Shown: positions 30,367-40,041 of the stretch, one piece after another
Layout of the letters: every line of letters begins with the position of its first letter
Numbering within the stretch: the stretch's first letter is position 1
Source: Alphaproteobacteria bacterium
GTDB lineage: Bacteria > Pseudomonadota > Alphaproteobacteria > RF32 > CAG-239
Direction of reading: 5' to 3'
Assembly: GCA_045644765.1 (NCBI GenBank)
Contig: JAZRHM010000033.1
Coordinates: 4,790 to 68,789, forward strand
Length of the DNA: 64,000 nt
Program-made: the position numbers and the translations under genes
Notes under the pieces: generated by a model
The model's input: only the letters and a program-made list of their open reading frames with translations
Database searches by the model: none
What the model was told of the DNA's origin: nothing

Positions 30367-31568
30367 CAGTTACTTTCCTCCATCGCCCGTAAAAGTTTTT
30401 TAACACCATCTTCCATAGTATCAGCCATCAATATAGGCAAACCCGAACTTTGTAAAATTTCAGTTGCTTCTTCTTTATTTGTTCCTTCAAAACGAACCAC
30501 TAACGGAACATTCAATCCTACTTCGGATGCCGCTGCAATTATACCATCTGCCACTAAATTACAGCGCAAAAAACCGCCTAAGATATTAATTAAAACACCT
30601 TCAACTTTAGGATTGGTCATAATGATTTTAATACCTGCCGAGATTTTATCCTTATCTACACCGCCTTTAACATTTAAAAAACAATCCATTTTTTCATCAG
30701 TGTTAACAAGAATATCTCTAATTGATAGAGCTATACCTTCTCCGTTTACGATACAACCTATACTGCCATCATCAAATGATCTGTATTGAAAGCCATATTT
30801 TGACGCTCTTAATACTCTATCCTCATCTTCATAATCATCATGAAGTTTTGCTATATCTTTGTGACGGTATAATGCATTATCATCAAAAGATATTTTAGCA
30901 TCCAACGCAATAAAATTTCCTTTTTTACTAATTCCGATCGGATTTATTTCTATCATTATAGCGTCTAGTTCTATAAAAGCTTTATACAAACCGACAACAA
31001 ATTTTTTTAATTTTTTTGCAAAAGATGTTTCAATTTTTAGAAACTTAAGAATTGCATTTATTTGCTCGGAACTGATTTTTTCATTTATATCTAGATTAAT
31101 GCTTAAAATTTTCTCAGAATCGGCAATCGCTAAATCTAAAATATTTTCTGTAGCATCAGCTACTAACAATTTCACACAAGGAACCATCCTATCAATTACA
31201 AAACTCATATAAAAAGTTTGTTTTACAACGACGTGTTCTTCGATATAGACTTTACTTACTGATTTTCCTTTCAACCCCGTTTGATTAGTAACAAGTGTTG
31301 ATCCCAACATTTTTTCAGCTTCAGCAAAAACATCTTTTCTTCCGGCCACATATCTGATACCACCCTTTTTTCCGGCTCTTTTTTCAATAAATTTCCCATC
31401 AGCTCTTGCTCCTGATTGAATCTGAGCTTTTAGCATCCACGGACCTTTTGAAGAGATGTTAACTGCCACTCTTTTAGCTTCAGCCGGAGTATAAGCAATA
31501 CCTCCTTTAGGTATTTCTATCCCATAACGGCTTAATATTTGTTTTGCCTGATACTCATGTATATTCAT
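30366..31568 (-). CDS. sucC: Succinyl-CoA ligase beta subunit homologue, degenerate motifs
   Basis: MNIHEYQAK, LVTNQTG, EINPI, LDAKISFDDNALYRH, VPLVVRFEGTN; glycine-rich motifs altered. Confidence 0.9.
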   Translation of the reverse strand: MNIHEYQAKQILSRYGIEIPKGGIAYTPAEAKRVAVNISSKGPWMLKAQIQSGARADGKFIEKRAGKKGGIRYVAGRKDVFAEAEKMLGSTLVTNQTGLKGKSVSKVYIEEHVVVKQTFYMSFVIDRMVPCVKLLVADATENILDLAIADSEKILSINLDINEKISSEQINAILKFLKIETSFAKKLKKFVVGLYKAFIELDAIMIEINPIGISKKGNFIALDAKISFDDNALYRHKDIAKLHDDYEDEDRVLRASKYGFQYRSFDDGSIGCIVNGEGIALSIRDILVNTDEKMDCFLNVKGGVDKDKISAGIKIIMTNPKVEGVLINILGGFLRCNLVADGIIAAASEVGLNVPLVVRFEGTNKEEATEILQSSGLPILMADTMEDGVKKLLRAMEESN

Positions 31569-31581
31569 GGTTAGTCACTTT

Positions 31582-31983
31582 TTAAGTATTATTAGCATAG
31601 AAACGAATTTTATCTACCATAGACATCATCCCGTTCCGACGACTTGGGGTCAAGTGTTCTCCTAACCCTAGTTTAACAAAAAAATCCTCCACTTCAATTT
31701 CTTTTATTTCTTTTACAGATTTATTTGCATAAACAGATAATAATACTGATATAATTCCCTTAACCATTATTGCATCGCTATCGGCATAAAAATTTAATTT
31801 ACCATCATGATAAACAGGAACCAACCATACTTGCGACTGACAACCGCTAACCTTAAATTCATCAGTTTTATACTTTTCATCTAATGGGGGAAGCTGTTCC
31901 CCCAGTTCAATCAAATATTGGTACTTTTCTTCCCAATCATCTAATATTGAAAAATTTTCTATCAAAGTATTAATATCTTGCAT
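31582..31983 (-). CDS. sufE: Fe-S cluster assembly sulfur acceptor SufE
   Basis: DDWEEKYQYLIELG, VSGCQSQVW, DSDAIMVKG, LTPSRRNG. Confidence 0.95.
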   Translation of the reverse strand: MQDINTLIENFSILDDWEEKYQYLIELGEQLPPLDEKYKTDEFKVSGCQSQVWLVPVYHDGKLNFYADSDAIMVKGIISVLLSVYANKSVKEIKEIEVEDFFVKLGLGEHLTPSRRNGMMSMVDKIRFYANNT

Positions 31984-31992
31984 ATATATCTC

Positions 31993-32412
31993 CTAGAACA
32001 TATCAAGCATTGCCTTAGCTTCTTCACTTAAACGATCTGTTGTCCAAGCAGGTTCCCAAACAACCTTCACTTCAACTTTACCCGTTCCTTCAATTTTTGC
32101 AACCGCATTTGCCACTTCTTGCGGCAATATACCGGCAACGGGACACGTTGGAGCAGTTAAGGTCATATCAATTGCTATATTGCCATTTTCCATTTGATTA
32201 ATTTTATATATAAGCCCCATATCATACACATTTATCATAATTTCAGGATCGGAAACTGTTTTGATAGCTTCAACAATATCATACATGGTAGCTTTTGCTT
32301 GAGATACCTCTAATTCATTTCCTGCATAAGCTTTATAATCGGAAGTTATATCTTCCTCAACACTCATTGCTTGAAGCAAAAGGGCCTCTTTTTCATCAAT
32401 ATTTTCTGACAT
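31993..32412 (-). CDS. sufT: SUF system Fe-S assembly protein (DUF59/SufT)
   Basis: DPEI...YDMGLIY, MTLTAPTCPVAG, VWEPAW. Confidence 0.9.
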   Translation of the reverse strand: MSENIDEKEALLLQAMSVEEDITSDYKAYAGNELEVSQAKATMYDIVEAIKTVSDPEIMINVYDMGLIYKINQMENGNIAIDMTLTAPTCPVAGILPQEVANAVAKIEGTGKVEVKVVWEPAWTTDRLSEEAKAMLDMF

Positions 32413-32465
32413 ATATTCCTCTTCTTATTCTTATCTTCAGTATTTCTACACTAAAAATAACAATC

Positions 32466-33677
32466 TTAAAAGAATTTCATAGCCTTATTAACCGCTTTTA
32501 CAAAAGCATCTATATCACTTTTAGAAGTATATAATCCAAATGATGCTCTTGCAACAGAATTATATCCCATACGGTTTACTAATGGCTCAGCACAATGATG
32601 GCCTATTCTGATGCTTACTCCTTCCTTATTTAATACATAAGCCAAATCTTGCGGATGAATGTTTCCGACTTGGAAAGAAAAGACACCGCCTTTATTTTTC
32701 ACCTTCCCTATATGTTCAAAATTTCTAATATCAGAAGTTGCATCAAACATATATTTTACAAGCTCTTCTTCATACCTTTCAATATTTTCCATTCCTAAGT
32801 TTTGAATATATTTAACAGATTCAGCTAAGCCTATTGCCTGCACAATCGCAGGTGTTCCCGCTTCAAAACGAGCCGGTGGTAATGCAAAAGTGGTTTCTTG
32901 ATAAGTTACTTTATCGACCATATCGCCTCCGGTTTGATATGGTATCATCTCATTTAACAGATTATATTTACCGAATAAAACGCCTATTCCTGTCGGCCCA
33001 TAAAGTTTATGACCGGAAAAAGCCAAAAAATCACAATCTATATCTTTAACATCAATTTTTTTATGAACAGCAAACTGACAAGCATCTATCAAAACTTTTG
33101 CCCCGACATTATGTGCTGCTTTAACAATGTTATTTACCGGAAATATGGTTCCCAATACATTAGACATTGCCGTGATGGCTACTAATTTTGTTTTTGGAGA
33201 CAGTTTTTGTAAAAATTGTTCTTCCGAATAACTTCCATCATTTTCAATTTTAAATACTACTAGTTTGCATTGCTTTTTATGACAAATCATTTGCCATGGT
33301 ACCAAATTTGCATGATGTTCTGCTTCAGAAATTAATATCTCATCATCTTTGTTCAGATTTTTTTCTGCCCACGATGATGCAACTAAATTTATTGCTTCTG
33401 TTGCATTTCTGGTAAACACTATTTCATTTTTATCAGCACTTATAAATTCTGCCACACAATGACGGGCATTTTCATATTCAGTGGTTATTGTTTCCGCCAA
33501 ATCATACATACTTCTGTGAACATTAGCATAAGAATTTTGATAAATATTTACAATCTTATCGATCATACATTTGGGCTTTTGTGAAGACGCAGCAGAATCG
33601 AGATAAATAATTGGTCTGTTATTTATCCGGTTCTTAAAGATAGGAAAATCTTCTCTTATTTTACTGACGTCATACAT
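32466..33677 (-). CDS. sufS: Cysteine desulfurase SufS
   Basis: YLDSAASSQKP, EHHAN, FSGHK, RFEAGTP, RIGHHCA. Confidence 0.95.
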   Translation of the reverse strand: MYDVSKIREDFPIFKNRINNRPIIYLDSAASSQKPKCMIDKIVNIYQNSYANVHRSMYDLAETITTEYENARHCVAEFISADKNEIVFTRNATEAINLVASSWAEKNLNKDDEILISEAEHHANLVPWQMICHKKQCKLVVFKIENDGSYSEEQFLQKLSPKTKLVAITAMSNVLGTIFPVNNIVKAAHNVGAKVLIDACQFAVHKKIDVKDIDCDFLAFSGHKLYGPTGIGVLFGKYNLLNEMIPYQTGGDMVDKVTYQETTFALPPARFEAGTPAIVQAIGLAESVKYIQNLGMENIERYEEELVKYMFDATSDIRNFEHIGKVKNKGGVFSFQVGNIHPQDLAYVLNKEGVSIRIGHHCAEPLVNRMGYNSVARASFGLYTSKSDIDAFVKAVNKAMKFF

Positions 33678-33736
33678 ATCTACCTCTCTGTCTTAATTTA
33701 GCAAGCATTTAAAAAAAATCAATATAAACCGACACG

Positions 33737-35752
33737 CTAATTCCACAACCTTTTACCTATATCGGAACGTATAGTTTTTATCTCTGGTTTGCCATTTTTT
33801 ATATAAGCCACTCCTCCTCCGTCTTTCATCGTATCGATGAGCTTATCCTCAATCCATATTTTTCCTTCTTTATCCCATGAAATTATATTTTTATAAACAC
33901 ACATATTTTCATCACAACTTAAATCAAGCCATTGTTTATCAACTAAATCACCATTATAAATTTCTTTCAACTTTTGCGGATTTGAAACATCTGTACTTGC
34001 TGTTTTTTCAAGCCACATTTGTTTAATGAAAGCATTTGATTTTACAGGCATTATAATTAGATTAGAAAAGTTATCTTTTACGGCAATATTTTTTCCGGCT
34101 GCATCATAAATCATATCAGGTACAGTGGCGGTAAAAATACTCAGAGCTCCAACAATTATAGGAAAAGCTCCCCACAAACGCCATTTTTTTTGCCATAAAC
34201 AAAGCCACAAACCTCCCCACACAATCAACATCAATCCCCAAAATGGCATAGATAGCACCTGATATCCGGCTTGAGGCAAATTTGAAACATATGCCGTAAT
34301 TTCATTCACAGTTTTTATTCCGTATCCTACAATTTTAAGTGGCCATACATAAAGTCCGAATGGCATTAAAAACAGGGCCAGTAAAACAAACGGCATTATA
34401 ACGAGTCCGATAACCGGACCTGCTAAAAAATTGCCTAACGTAGTATAAATGGCTATTCTGTTAAAATGGTATATTGCAAATGGAAGTGTTGCCATACTTG
34501 CTACAAAATCTGATATCAAAAGACCGCCAATGTAAGCAATGATGATCTTCAAAATACTTTTTCCCTTAAAAAATTTATGTATGGAAGAAGCATATCTTTC
34601 ATAAAAAGCAATTAACACCAATACTGCAGCAAAAGACATTTGAAAACTGGCACTGATAAGAGCATATGGCGAAATACTTAAAACGATAAACGCAGCAATA
34701 CTCAGCATTCTTATAGAAATTGCCTTACGTGAAAATAAAACCCCTAACAAAACCACAAAAGTCATTATAAAAGCTCTTTGAGCAGGTATTTCGGCCCCAG
34801 ATATCAAAAGATAAATAAAACTCATAAAAATAGCAAAAAGAGCAGCAACTTTTTTTGAATCATATCTTAAAGCAAGGGCTGGTACAAGACTTACACATAG
34901 GCGAATCGCAAAAAATGCCATAGCTGCAATCATCGACATATGCAAGCCTGAAATTGACAAGAAATGAGCAAGACCTGAATTTTGGTAAGATTTATTCAAG
35001 TCTTGAGAAATTCCGTCTCTATCTCCTGCTAATATAGCTGCGGTGATAGCAGCTTCATCTACCGGTAACTCTGCATATATATTTTTTACCACATCTTTTC
35101 TTGCCTTATTTGTTAATTGTACAAGTTTATCAAAAAATGATTGATTTTGTAAGCATGATATTTGGTAGGCTGTACTATTTGCATAACCGATAGCGCTTAT
35201 ACCTTCGTAAAAATGTTTACGATTAAATTGATACGTATTGGGCAAAACCGGCAACATAGGAGGCATCAATGTTGCTATCATTTCCACACAATCACCTTCG
35301 TTTAGATTTGTTTCTTTTGAAGAAAGAGTTATTCTGTATATACCTTTTTTAGGATTATTAAAGTCTGCTGCATCATCAATCAACAACCTAACTTTTCCTT
35401 TACTGTTGCTATCTATTTTTATAATGCGACCTTGTAGATAAGTAATTTCCTTTTGACTTTTCGGCTGCTCTATAAATTTTGATTTATATATACTTCTTAC
35501 TTGAATGTTGGCAAAGCCAAGGGCAATAATTAACAAAGATACTATAACAAAAAATTTTACCGGATTATATCTCCAAATATATAAAAGAAACAACAATATC
35601 TCAACAATAAATATTGTAAGCAAAGATGAGGGTTCCGAATATGGTAAAAAGTATAATCCGATACCCAAACCGAATAAAACCGGTAACCACAGAATAAATC
35701 TTTCTCTTTCAGCGAAAAAATTCTCCCTTAATTTGTTTAGGAAAGTTCTCAA
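33737..35752 (-). CDS. comEC: ComEC/Rec2 DNA uptake channel
   Basis: SGLAHFLSISGLH, AQRAFIM, SFQMSFAAV; multi-TM. Confidence 0.93.
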   Translation of the reverse strand: MRTFLNKLRENFFAERERFILWLPVLFGLGIGLYFLPYSEPSSLLTIFIVEILLFLLYIWRYNPVKFFVIVSLLIIALGFANIQVRSIYKSKFIEQPKSQKEITYLQGRIIKIDSNSKGKVRLLIDDAADFNNPKKGIYRITLSSKETNLNEGDCVEMIATLMPPMLPVLPNTYQFNRKHFYEGISAIGYANSTAYQISCLQNQSFFDKLVQLTNKARKDVVKNIYAELPVDEAAITAAILAGDRDGISQDLNKSYQNSGLAHFLSISGLHMSMIAAMAFFAIRLCVSLVPALALRYDSKKVAALFAIFMSFIYLLISGAEIPAQRAFIMTFVVLLGVLFSRKAISIRMLSIAAFIVLSISPYALISASFQMSFAAVLVLIAFYERYASSIHKFFKGKSILKIIIAYIGGLLISDFVASMATLPFAIYHFNRIAIYTTLGNFLAGPVIGLVIMPFVLLALFLMPFGLYVWPLKIVGYGIKTVNEITAYVSNLPQAGYQVLSMPFWGLMLIVWGGLWLCLWQKKWRLWGAFPIIVGALSIFTATVPDMIYDAAGKNIAVKDNFSNLIIMPVKSNAFIKQMWLEKTASTDVSNPQKLKEIYNGDLVDKQWLDLSCDENMCVYKNIISWDKEGKIWIEDKLIDTMKDGGGVAYIKNGKPEIKTIRSDIGKRLWN

Positions 35753-35770
35753 TGTATTCTCCGGTAAAAA

Positions 35771-36928
35771 TTATTTATGTTTTTTCTTTTTTATCAAGTC
35801 AAATACAATATCACATACATTAGAGCTAGGAGTTTGTTCTCCCAAACCTAAAGCCTCTTTTACCTTAATAAACCCTTCTTTTTGACGTTCATACAGAGAT
35901 TGTTTTTTTAACAATTCTTCAACATTGTACAGAATTTTATCTTCATTACAATTTTCCTGTAACAGCTCCGGAATAATTTCTCTTCCAAGTAAAATGTTGC
36001 TTAAATTAACAAATTGAATTTTTAAGAATCGGCGAGCCAACCATGCTGACATCGCTGACAATTTATAAGCTATAATATGTGGAACATCAACTATAGCCAA
36101 TTCTAAAGCGACTGTTCCTGAGGCTGCAATTGCAACTTCTGATGCGCAAAAAGCATCATGTCTATCACTTTCATTATTTACAATGATAATAGGTAACTTA
36201 CTATCTTCAACCATAGCCTTTACCCTATCTTCAACCGTATGAACCGTAGGGATCACAAAACAAAATTCAGGGTGTTTTTCTTTTAATTTTCGTACAACAT
36301 TTAAAAATACGGGCAACAATCTGCTAACTTCCGTATGCCTTGACCCCGGCAACACTGCCATAATACGCGCATTTTCATCAATATTATAACGAACTCTGAA
36401 ATCATTACCGTTAGCCCATAAAACGCTACTTTCAATTACCGGATGACCGACGAATGTCGTATCCAAACCATGTGGAGTAAAATATTTTGGTTCATAGGGG
36501 AAAAGAGTAAGTAAATGATCAATATATTTGTGCATAGTTTTTGCACGTTTTTTCTTCCATGCCCAAACTTGTGGTGCCACATAATGAACTTGCGGAATAT
36601 TTAATTTTTTACGGCGTAACAATTTATGAATACGTGATGAAAAACTCCAACTGTCAATTGTTATAACCACATCAGGTTTTATTTTTTCAATTTCTGCTAT
36701 GGTTTGTGAAAATCTTTTAAGAATCTTAGGCAAAGACGGTAAAACTTCAAACAATCCCATAACCGAAAGCTCTGATATATCAAATAAAGACTTCAATCCT
36801 TCTCTTTGCATTGTTTCGCCGCCAATACCAAAAAATTCGACTTCCGGATTTTTTGCCAGCATAGCTCGCATTAGACGCGAACCCAATAAATCGCCCGATG
36901 GCTCTCCCGCAATTAAATATATCTTCAT
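35771..36928 (-). CDS. lpxB: Lipid-A-disaccharide synthase
   Basis: IAGEPSGDLLG, HYVAPQVWAW, FVGHP, LPGSR, ASGTVALE. Confidence 0.96.
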   Translation of the reverse strand: MKIYLIAGEPSGDLLGSRLMRAMLAKNPEVEFFGIGGETMQREGLKSLFDISELSVMGLFEVLPSLPKILKRFSQTIAEIEKIKPDVVITIDSWSFSSRIHKLLRRKKLNIPQVHYVAPQVWAWKKKRAKTMHKYIDHLLTLFPYEPKYFTPHGLDTTFVGHPVIESSVLWANGNDFRVRYNIDENARIMAVLPGSRHTEVSRLLPVFLNVVRKLKEKHPEFCFVIPTVHTVEDRVKAMVEDSKLPIIIVNNESDRHDAFCASEVAIAASGTVALELAIVDVPHIIAYKLSAMSAWLARRFLKIQFVNLSNILLGREIIPELLQENCNEDKILYNVEELLKKQSLYERQKEGFIKVKEALGLGEQTPSSNVCDIVFDLIKKKKHK

Positions 36929-37767
36929 CTTATTTTCTCCGCCGGGTTAATACCGATAACAAACATTTTATATTTATTTGCAAGTTCAATAACTCTTTGT
37001 TCATCAACAATCAATGCATTTCCGGCATGAACAGCTATTCCTCTCAAACCTGCTTTATGCGCATTTTCTATTGTTGTAACACCTATCGTTGGCAAATCAA
37101 TACGCATATCTTGTTGCAGTTTTCTTAATTTAACCAAAACGCCACCTGTCCCTTTTCGACGATAATTGGCACATCGGCGAATAAGCTCATCTGTACCTTC
37201 AATGCCTTCAACTCCTAAAACCAAACCTTGTTGAACGACAACAGATTGCCCGACATCCAGAGAACCCAATGTAATATCAACTTCTATACCTCGTTCAATG
37301 TCAACAAGGGCTTGTTTATCAGGCTTTACTTTAGTCAGTAATCCTTCTTTTACCAACAAATCAGGCATAATTTCATGAACGCCAACCACTTTTATATTTT
37401 CAGTTTCAATTTCTTTAACCAAAGCACGCAAAATACCATCATCACCCAAAGCTCTTAAACCAAGCTTGGTAAAAAATGCTGTTGTTCTCAAATCGGGCAT
37501 AAGTTCGGAAAATGTAGGCCTATGAATTGTACCTATCATAACAACATCTTGAACTCCCTCATCTCTTAAAAATTTAAAGCCTGTTCCTGCTTGTCCTATT
37601 CTTATCCATTTATGATTTATACTATCATCAAATATCGCCCTATCGGCATTTCCTTCTATTGCTAAAACAAAATAAGGAATTTCGTGATTTTTTGCATAAT
37701 CTATTAATATACGCGGAATAGAACCTCCGCCTGCTATTATACCTAATTTTCGACTATTATCGCTCAT
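36925..37767 (-). CDS. lpxI: UDP-2,3-diacylglucosamine diphosphatase LpxI
   Basis: LGIIAGGG, DVGQSVVV, EGIEGTD, QDMRIDLPTIG; adjacent to lpxB. Confidence 0.94.
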   Translation of the reverse strand: MSDNSRKLGIIAGGGSIPRILIDYAKNHEIPYFVLAIEGNADRAIFDDSINHKWIRIGQAGTGFKFLRDEGVQDVVMIGTIHRPTFSELMPDLRTTAFFTKLGLRALGDDGILRALVKEIETENIKVVGVHEIMPDLLVKEGLLTKVKPDKQALVDIERGIEVDITLGSLDVGQSVVVQQGLVLGVEGIEGTDELIRRCANYRRKGTGGVLVKLRKLQQDMRIDLPTIGVTTIENAHKAGLRGIAVHAGNALIVDEQRVIELANKYKMFVIGINPAEKIR

Positions 37768-37933
37768 AATTACTTTCTCAAAATTAAAACTTTTCTTAAA
37801 CTATCATACTTATTTTAGTTTTTCAAGAACCAGTTTAAAGCTTTTTACTTCTATGCAAAATAAAGGCTTTCTGATTGACACTTAAAATCATCAGTGTTAT
37901 TGATATAAAAAACGATATTATCGGGGAAAAATT

Positions 37934-38737
37934 GTGATAACAAATAAAAATTCTATCAAAATATATGAAAAGGCTGATTTTGAAGGTATGCGTAAAGCCG
38001 GAAAATTGGCTGCAGAATGTTTAGATTATATAACAGAATATGTAAAAGAAGGGATTTCAACCGGAGAATTAGATGATTTATGCCGAGAGTTTATAATAAG
38101 TCACGGTGCTATTCCTGCTTGTTTAGGTTATAGAGGATATCCTAAAACGATTTGTGTATCCGTAAATCATGTGATTTGTCACGGAATTCCTGCTTATGAC
38201 AGGAAACTTGTTAATGGAGATATTGCAAATATAGATGTCACTGTAATTTTAAACGGTTGGTACGGTGATACAAGTAGAATGTATTATGTAGGCAAGCCAA
38301 AAATTAAAGCAACCAGGCTATGTGAAGTTACTTATGAATGTTTAATGCGCGGAATTGACGCTGTACGTCCGGGAGCTCACTTTGGTGACATTGGAGCTGT
38401 AATTGAAGAATATGCACACAAATATGGTTATTCGGTAGTAGATATGTTTTGTGGGCACGGTTTAGGAAAAGTTTTTCATGATGAGCCCAATGTAATGCAC
38501 TGTGGTAAAAAAGGCACCGGGCCACTCATTGAAGAAGGTATGTTTTTCACTATTGAACCTATGATAAACATCGGAAAAAAAGACGGAATAATTTTATCTA
38601 ACGGATGGACTTCTGTTACTAGGGATAAAAGCTTATCTGCTCAATTTGAACATTCTTTAGGTGTAACTAAAGATGGCTGTGAAGTTTTTACATATTCTCC
38701 TAAAGGATTAGATAAACCACCATATAAACAGGACTAA
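37934..38737 (+). CDS. map: Methionine aminopeptidase type I
   Basis: CHGIP, NIDVT, GDTSRM, GHGLG..FH, TIEPMIN, SAQFEH. Confidence 0.97.
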   Translation: MITNKNSIKIYEKADFEGMRKAGKLAAECLDYITEYVKEGISTGELDDLCREFIISHGAIPACLGYRGYPKTICVSVNHVICHGIPAYDRKLVNGDIANIDVTVILNGWYGDTSRMYYVGKPKIKATRLCEVTYECLMRGIDAVRPGAHFGDIGAVIEEYAHKYGYSVVDMFCGHGLGKVFHDEPNVMHCGKKGTGPLIEEGMFFTIEPMINIGKKDGIILSNGWTSVTRDKSLSAQFEHSLGVTKDGCEVFTYSPKGLDKPPYKQD

Positions 38738-38739
38738 AC

Positions 38740-39453
38740 ATGAATGACAAAGAAGTTAAAGAAAAGCCTCACTATTTAGGTCATAGGATGCGCCTAAGAG
38801 AGAGATTCTTGAAAGATGAAGGTAAAAGTATGGCTGATTATGAGCTTCTGGAACTGCTTTTAACCATCGCTATTCCCAGAAGAGATGTGAAACAAAAAGC
38901 TAAAGATTTGCTCAATCATTTCGGCAGTTTCAACAAAGTAATTACAGCTTCTCAAAATTCTTTATCTTCTTATGGTTTATCGGAAAACGTTATTACTATT
39001 TTAAAAGTTATTAAAGCATCAGCCATAAAACTATCTTGGCAAGAACTAAATGAGCAAAATGAACCTATACTCAGTAATTTTGATTATATGATTGATTATT
39101 GCCGAACTGCGATGTCTTATTTAGATGTGGAGGAATTCAGAGTTATTTTTCTTGATGCTAAACTTAAAATAATAAAAGAAGAAACCATGCAAAGGGGAAG
39201 TGTCAATAGTGTTTCCGTTCATCCGAGAGAAGTATTAAAAGCCGCTATACAACATAATGCAACATCTGTTATCTTATTGCATAATCACCCAAGCGGGAAA
39301 ACTCAGCCTTCAACAAAAGATTTGGAAGTAACAAAACAAATAATTGATGCATTAAAACCCGTAGATATTAATGTCAACGATCATATTATTATAACGCAAA
39401 ACGGTTATTATAGTTTTCTAGAAGAAGGTATACTTCACAGATTAAAAAAATAA
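38740..39453 (+). CDS. radC: RadC-family JAB-domain protein
   Basis: GHRMRLRERF, DYELLELLL, VHPREV, HNHPSG...PS..D, DHIII. Confidence 0.95.
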   Translation: MNDKEVKEKPHYLGHRMRLRERFLKDEGKSMADYELLELLLTIAIPRRDVKQKAKDLLNHFGSFNKVITASQNSLSSYGLSENVITILKVIKASAIKLSWQELNEQNEPILSNFDYMIDYCRTAMSYLDVEEFRVIFLDAKLKIIKEETMQRGSVNSVSVHPREVLKAAIQHNATSVILLHNHPSGKTQPSTKDLEVTKQIIDALKPVDINVNDHIIITQNGYYSFLEEGILHRLKK

Positions 39454-39467
39454 TGAGAGGTAAAGTT

Positions 39468-39986
39468 ATGAATAAGATTTCAAATATGATTGATTCGATT
39501 AATGATGATGTTTGCTTTCAAACTCAGGACAATAAAAGGTTTCGTCTGCGAGCTGCTGCTATTATCATTGAAGACAACTCTATATTATTTGCAACCAATA
39601 AGTCAGAAAATTACTATTATTCTATCGGAGGAGCTATTAATCTTGGTGAAACAGCGGAAGATGCCGTTAAAAGAGAAGTTTTGGAAGAAACCGGAATTGC
39701 TTATGAGATTGACAGACTTGCCTTTGTTCAAGAAAATTTTTTCAAACGCGATGACGGAATGCTAAAAGGATTGCACTGTCACGAAATTACTTTTTATTTC
39801 TTAATGAAGTCCAGAGGATCTAAAAATTTAAACAGTCATAGCAAAACATTAAACAACACTATTGACGAACAAATGGTATGGCTTGACATTGATAAACTTG
39901 ATCAATATGAAGCTTATCCTATGTTTTTTAGAGATAAATTAAAAAATATAAAACCTTATGTTGAACATATTGTAACTAAACAATAG
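39468..39986 (+). CDS. NUDIX hydrolase
   Basis: Nudix box GGAINLGETAEDAVKREVLEETG; SD GAGG before ATG 39468. Confidence 0.9.
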   Translation: MNKISNMIDSINDDVCFQTQDNKRFRLRAAAIIIEDNSILFATNKSENYYYSIGGAINLGETAEDAVKREVLEETGIAYEIDRLAFVQENFFKRDDGMLKGLHCHEITFYFLMKSRGSKNLNSHSKTLNNTIDEQMVWLDIDKLDQYEAYPMFFRDKLKNIKPYVEHIVTKQ

Positions 39987-39987
39987 C

Positions 39988-40032
39988 CAACTAAAAAATA
40001 AACCACTGTTCAAGTGGTTTATTTTTTAGTTG
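39988..40032. terminator. Bidirectional terminator (20-bp perfect inverted repeat)
   Basis: CAACTAAAAAATAAACCACT-gttca-AGTGGTTTATTTTTTAGTTG between convergent genes. Confidence 0.85.
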
Positions 40033-40041
40033 ATAAAAACT

